Assembly: GCA_965215195.1 (NCBI GenBank)
Contig: CBDCDC010000001.1
Span: forward strand, 736,001 to 800,000
Reading direction: 5' to 3'
DNA from: Candidatus Latescibacterota bacterium
GTDB taxonomy: Bacteria; Latescibacterota; UBA2968; UBA8231
DNA: 64,000 nt
In this document: piece after piece, positions 60,212 through 64,000 of the stretch
Position numbering within the stretch: the first letter of the stretch is position 1
Layout: each line of letters opens with the position of its first letter
The notes under the pieces: generated by a model
Seen by the model: the letters and a program-made list of their open reading frames with translations, nothing else
The model's database searches: none
What the model was told of the DNA's origin: nothing
Program-made: the position numbers and the translations under genes

Positions 60212-60231
60212 CACATCCATCTGGCAAAGAT

Positions 60232-60274
60232 AGAGAGCAGGTAAGCTCACTCAATATTTGCTTACCTGCTCTCT
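60232..60274 (+). terminator. Stem-loop after peptide 4
   Basis: AGAGAGCAGGTAAGC ... GCTTACCTGCTCTCT. Confidence 0.65.
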
Positions 60275-60329
60275 GTTTCTTAGGACTTGTCGTGCGTCTT
60301 AAAGGCACTTTACCCGAAAGGCGTTGGTT

Positions 60330-61236
60330 ATGTTCCTGCTTATGCTTTTGTTGATCGCCTACCCGGCAGGAGCTCAGTTGCCCTCAGAAGTGGTACTGGA
60401 TTCGGTGTATAGCGGCCAAAACAGCATGCACTCTATTGTGTTCAAACCCACCACCGATATCGAGATAGAAAACGTGCGGACGGGCTGCGGCTGCACCGGG
60501 GTCGAATTCCCCACGGGTATGCTGAAAGCCGGTGAAGAATACCACTTGAAGGTCGATGTAAATACAGCGGATATCGCCGGTTCCTTTAAGAGCCACGTTG
60601 CGGTCAAAATCGCCGGCGAGGATTCACTGTGGGCTCTGAATCTCCAAGTACAGGCCGTGTCGCCCTTTCCCGCCGAAATAGACTTAGGAGAAATAGATTT
60701 CACTACCTTGCCCTTAGAGCGCCATCTGTCGCTTGCCCAGATTGCCGACCATGATCGACTCGGTAGCGGTACAGGGCGAAGGCGTCGTAGCACATCCTAC
60801 CGATGAGGGTACGGGGTTGTTGCTGCGGACAGACGAGGCGTTGACTTGGGGCCGTCGCATAGACGCCCTAGTCGAGGTCCACTTGGCAGGGAACGACCGG
60901 ACACTGCGGCAGACCGTGCATGTCGAAGGAATGGTTCTAGACCTGTTCCAAGTAGATCCGTCCGCTCTTTCTTTTGGTATGGGCAAGCCTCACCGACGGC
61001 AAATGAAAACGGTCACAGTGCGGGTTGCACCCGATGCGGCGCGGGCACCGGTCCGAGTGCAATCGCAGTGCCCAGCACCCACATTTGCTTTCGATTGGCG
61101 CTGGGAGACGGATCGGCGATTGGTCGTCGAGGTACGCAACGAGAGTGACTTCCCGACCGGCCAGACCGATTGCGAAATTGTCGTCCATATTGGGGATACT
61201 CCGGTAGCGATTCCCATATTCGCCCTGACGCGGTAG
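60330..61236 (+). pseudogene. DUF1573-like secreted Ig-fold protein, split by a frameshift near 60735-60760
   Basis: Signal peptide; IENVRTGCGCT motif; ORFs 60324-60806 and 60733-61236 overlap in different frames and read as consecutive beta-rich domains. Confidence 0.65.
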
Positions 61237-61258
61237 GCGTCCAATAAATCGAGGCTCT

Positions 61259-63778
61259 ATGCTACATTCCATCACAGCTAAACTTTCTGCGCGATTGCTG
61301 CTTTGGGATCGTTGGCTCCATCGGTGGATGGAACTGGACCAACTGACGCGAGACCAACGAAAAATCCTCGTCTTTTTTCACGGGTATAGCCTCGCGCACA
61401 CCATCCGCCCGCTCGTGCTCGCTCGCACACTGCGGGAGCGAGGCTATCCAGTCGAGTGCGCCGGGCGTGGTCCCCATATTGAGCGGATCGCCGGGGAGGG
61501 CTTCCCCGTCCACGACGTCGAGACCTTGCCGCAAGAACGGATGGACGAATACGTGGCTCGGGGCGAATACGGCTATTATGACTTGGAGTGGATTGATCGC
61601 TGCGTCCAGTCGGAACAGAACTTGATCCAAGCGATTAAGCCGGCCCTAGTAATCCAAGATATGAAGCCCACGCTCTCCATAGCGGCTCAACTCGAAGGGA
61701 TTGACGAGGCTATCGTGAGCCAAGCGTATAACCAGCCGGGCTATCCGTTCCCGATATGGCTGATGGAGTCGTTTAGCACTGAGCCAGGGCCGTTTGGCGC
61801 GTATCTCAAGAGCAAAGCACATGAGATAAAACCCCGGAAAAAGTTCTACCTGCTAGCGGACATCCCCGAATTCCATCCGCCTCCAGAACAGGTGACTTCG
61901 GGGTATCACTATGTAGGCCCGCTGCTGGACGTCCCAAAGACGAAAGGTACGGTCCCCCTGCTCGATCAAGGATGGGATTTGTCTTGGCCGCTAGTCTATG
62001 TGACCTGTGGCAGCAGCGGTCGGCCTCCCGAATACTTGGAGGGGTTGATTGAGGCCGTGGCGCACGAACCTGTCCGTTTGCTCATCACCACGGCTGGCCG
62101 CTGGGCAGGAACGAGCTGCTATAGCAATATCCGGGTGACCGACTTTCTCCCCGGCGAATGGGTATTGCAGCAAGCGCGAGCGTTGGTGGGCATAGTCGGC
62201 ATCGGTGCTATTTATCAGGCGCTGCGGTGCGGGGTGCCCATCATCGGGGCACCCGAGCACCTAGATCAGGAATACCACTTAAATCGCGTCGAGCAACTCG
62301 GATTGGGCATAAAGCTCGACCGGCAGGCATTTGGGGCCGACGAGATTTTGATGGCCCTGTATCGAGTGATAGGAGATGATTCCCCGTTCGCGGCATCGTG
62401 CCGTGCTTTTGCCAAAACGGCGTCCCCATGGCAAGGAGGTCAGGTCGCTGCCGATCTGGTAGATGGCTTCTTCCTCGCCCAAGAAAAACCGCATCAACTC
62501 GACTCGCGTTATGCTATGGAAAAACGGGAATTCGTCCGCTATCTGGTCGCCAGTACTCCGCTTTCAACGGAGGACGTAGAGGCGATTCTGCACGAAGGCG
62601 CGGGCCGGGGACTACCGCACCACAAAGTTCACGGGGCGTTGTATTACGACCGCATTGATTCGTGGAATTGGCTCTACGACCACGAGCCGCGCTTTTTTGA
62701 GGCCGATTATCGAGCATTGGAACAGAAGCGCAACCGATTTTTCATCCGAGACGACAAGGAGCTCCGGGGCCGCAAGAAATGGCAGCGATACCGAGTGACG
62801 TACCAATTGCGAATCCATCCAGCGCCGCTTCAGCCCGGTCAGCGCACCCAGATATTCCTGCCTTATCCCATCGAAGGAGGCGGCCAACGGGATATCCAAT
62901 ACATCACCTGCGAGCCTGCTGACATGGAAGTCGCGTTGGTGCCGGCGATGGGCTTTTTCTACGGCTACGAGCGGACCAAAGGTTCTGCTGAGAGCGAGCC
63001 TTGGGAGCTGAGCTATGTCTGCGAGTTGACCGTGGAAGAATTCCCGCCGGCCAATGGATTTCAGCCGGTCCCTCTAAGCTTCATTGAACGGAAACGGTAT
63101 TTGCATCTAGACCCCGAGCTAGCGGACTGTCCCGAAATCGAGGTCTTCCGGCAGGAACTAGGCCCTCGAAGAGGGCGCAGCGACGAGTGTCGTGCCCGTG
63201 ATCTATACGAGGCCCTGATACACACCAAACGATTCAAAAAAACCAAAGACCCCAGCCAAAGTATTGGGTACAGCACTCAAGCCATCTTGGGCGATACCGG
63301 CGGTCATTGTATCACGCTTTCCCGAGCGTTTATGGCCCTGTGTCGTCTAGAGGGAATCCCCGTGCGCGAGGTCGCCGGTGCCTTGATTGGGTATCCCAGC
63401 GGGGACGACAGCTTTGCTATTGACACCTATAGAGAACCCATCTTCGGCCACACGTGGACTGAGGTATATTTGGCGGAAAAGGGCTGGGTGCCCGTCGAGT
63501 TCCACGGCATTGTCATCGGGCAGACCGCCATGACAGACCACAATGTCGCTGACCCTGCACTGCGCCGCCTGATCGAGAAGAATACCGACCCATATTGGAC
63601 CTATTACTTTGGTCATTTGGACACCCAACGCATCCGGTGTTCCAATTCCGTCAAAAGAATCCCGCAATGCCTCGTAGAGCGGCCAGACGCTCAAGCCGAC
63701 GATCCCAATCGGTGGGACTTTCAGACCGAATTGCCGTACGAGTGCCACTTGCAGATTGAGATTCTCGACGAAGGCTGA
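61259..63778 (+). CDS. Fusion: GT-B (GT1/GT28-like) glycosyltransferase plus transglutaminase-like domain
   Basis: LAHTIRPLVLA, YVGPL, VYVTCGSSG, ALRCGVPIIGAPEHLDQ; GHCITLSRAFMALCRLEGIPVR, GHTWTEVYLAEKGWVPVE. Confidence 0.8.
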   Translation: MLHSITAKLSARLLLWDRWLHRWMELDQLTRDQRKILVFFHGYSLAHTIRPLVLARTLRERGYPVECAGRGPHIERIAGEGFPVHDVETLPQERMDEYVARGEYGYYDLEWIDRCVQSEQNLIQAIKPALVIQDMKPTLSIAAQLEGIDEAIVSQAYNQPGYPFPIWLMESFSTEPGPFGAYLKSKAHEIKPRKKFYLLADIPEFHPPPEQVTSGYHYVGPLLDVPKTKGTVPLLDQGWDLSWPLVYVTCGSSGRPPEYLEGLIEAVAHEPVRLLITTAGRWAGTSCYSNIRVTDFLPGEWVLQQARALVGIVGIGAIYQALRCGVPIIGAPEHLDQEYHLNRVEQLGLGIKLDRQAFGADEILMALYRVIGDDSPFAASCRAFAKTASPWQGGQVAADLVDGFFLAQEKPHQLDSRYAMEKREFVRYLVASTPLSTEDVEAILHEGAGRGLPHHKVHGALYYDRIDSWNWLYDHEPRFFEADYRALEQKRNRFFIRDDKELRGRKKWQRYRVTYQLRIHPAPLQPGQRTQIFLPYPIEGGGQRDIQYITCEPADMEVALVPAMGFFYGYERTKGSAESEPWELSYVCELTVEEFPPANGFQPVPLSFIERKRYLHLDPELADCPEIEVFRQELGPRRGRSDECRARDLYEALIHTKRFKKTKDPSQSIGYSTQAILGDTGGHCITLSRAFMALCRLEGIPVREVAGALIGYPSGDDSFAIDTYREPIFGHTWTEVYLAEKGWVPVEFHGIVIGQTAMTDHNVADPALRRLIEKNTDPYWTYYFGHLDTQRIRCSNSVKRIPQCLVERPDAQADDPNRWDFQTELPYECHLQIEILDEG

Positions 63779-63791
63779 ATGGAGCGATACA

Positions 63792-64000
63792 ATGGAAGTT
63801 AGTGTCGTCATACCTGCGTATAACCAACGGGAACGGCTCCGCTTGGTCTTGAGCGGCTTGGAGGGCCAGACCCTGCCGCCCGAATGCTTTGAAGTGTTGG
63901 TGATTGACGACGGCTCAACCGATGGTACGGCCGAGATGCTCGATGCGTTGCCCATCGACAATATGAAGCCGATCCGACTCTATCCGAACGAAGGGCGCTG
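63792..64000 (+). CDS. GT2 family glycosyltransferase (runs off the right edge of the window)
   Basis: MEVSVVIPAYNQRERL...FEVLVIDDGSTDGT. Confidence 0.9.
   Translation, partial: MEVSVVIPAYNQRERLRLVLSGLEGQTLPPECFEVLVIDDGSTDGTAEMLDALPIDNMKPIRLYPNEGR

Noticed and set aside
1-64000. tRNA, rRNA, integrase or prophage genes
   Set aside because: None recognised; no integrase bounds either island within the window.

Overview
GC-rich bacterial window. Gene content (a DUF6785-like membrane protein, several PhyH, PIG-L and enolase genes, paired ABC-2 permeases) is suggestive of Latescibacterota/Gemmatimonadota; this is inference only. 1-9.8 kb holds metabolic and hypothetical genes. 9.8-20.2 kb is a decayed DUF3883-helicase/DUF1156/DUF499 restriction-like defence island packed with toxin-antitoxin and AAA_21/DUF4276 modules. 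20-40 kb is ordinary catabolic and housekeeping DNA (sugar ABC transporter, nth, mnmA, ahcY, pckA) with several REP/MITE elements. The highlight is 40.4-64 kb: an ECF sigma/zinc anti-sigma locus followed by a lower-GC, four-fold tandem cassette. Each unit has an ECF-type promoter, a ~310-aa secreted protein, a small Sec-exported Cys-rich peptide (conserved 26-aa leader, hypervariable core) and a strong hairpin; units 1-3 also carry an ABC-2 permease pair. The array is followed by a DUF1573-like CGC protein, a glycosyltransferase-transglutaminase fusion and a GT2. The cassette promoter (GTAAAAC-N17-CGTC) also precedes the ECF gene. Peptide 1 is hidden by an IS5 insertion. A relic fifth precursor and a relic ABC ATPase fragment are also visible. 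I do not recognise this as a described system.
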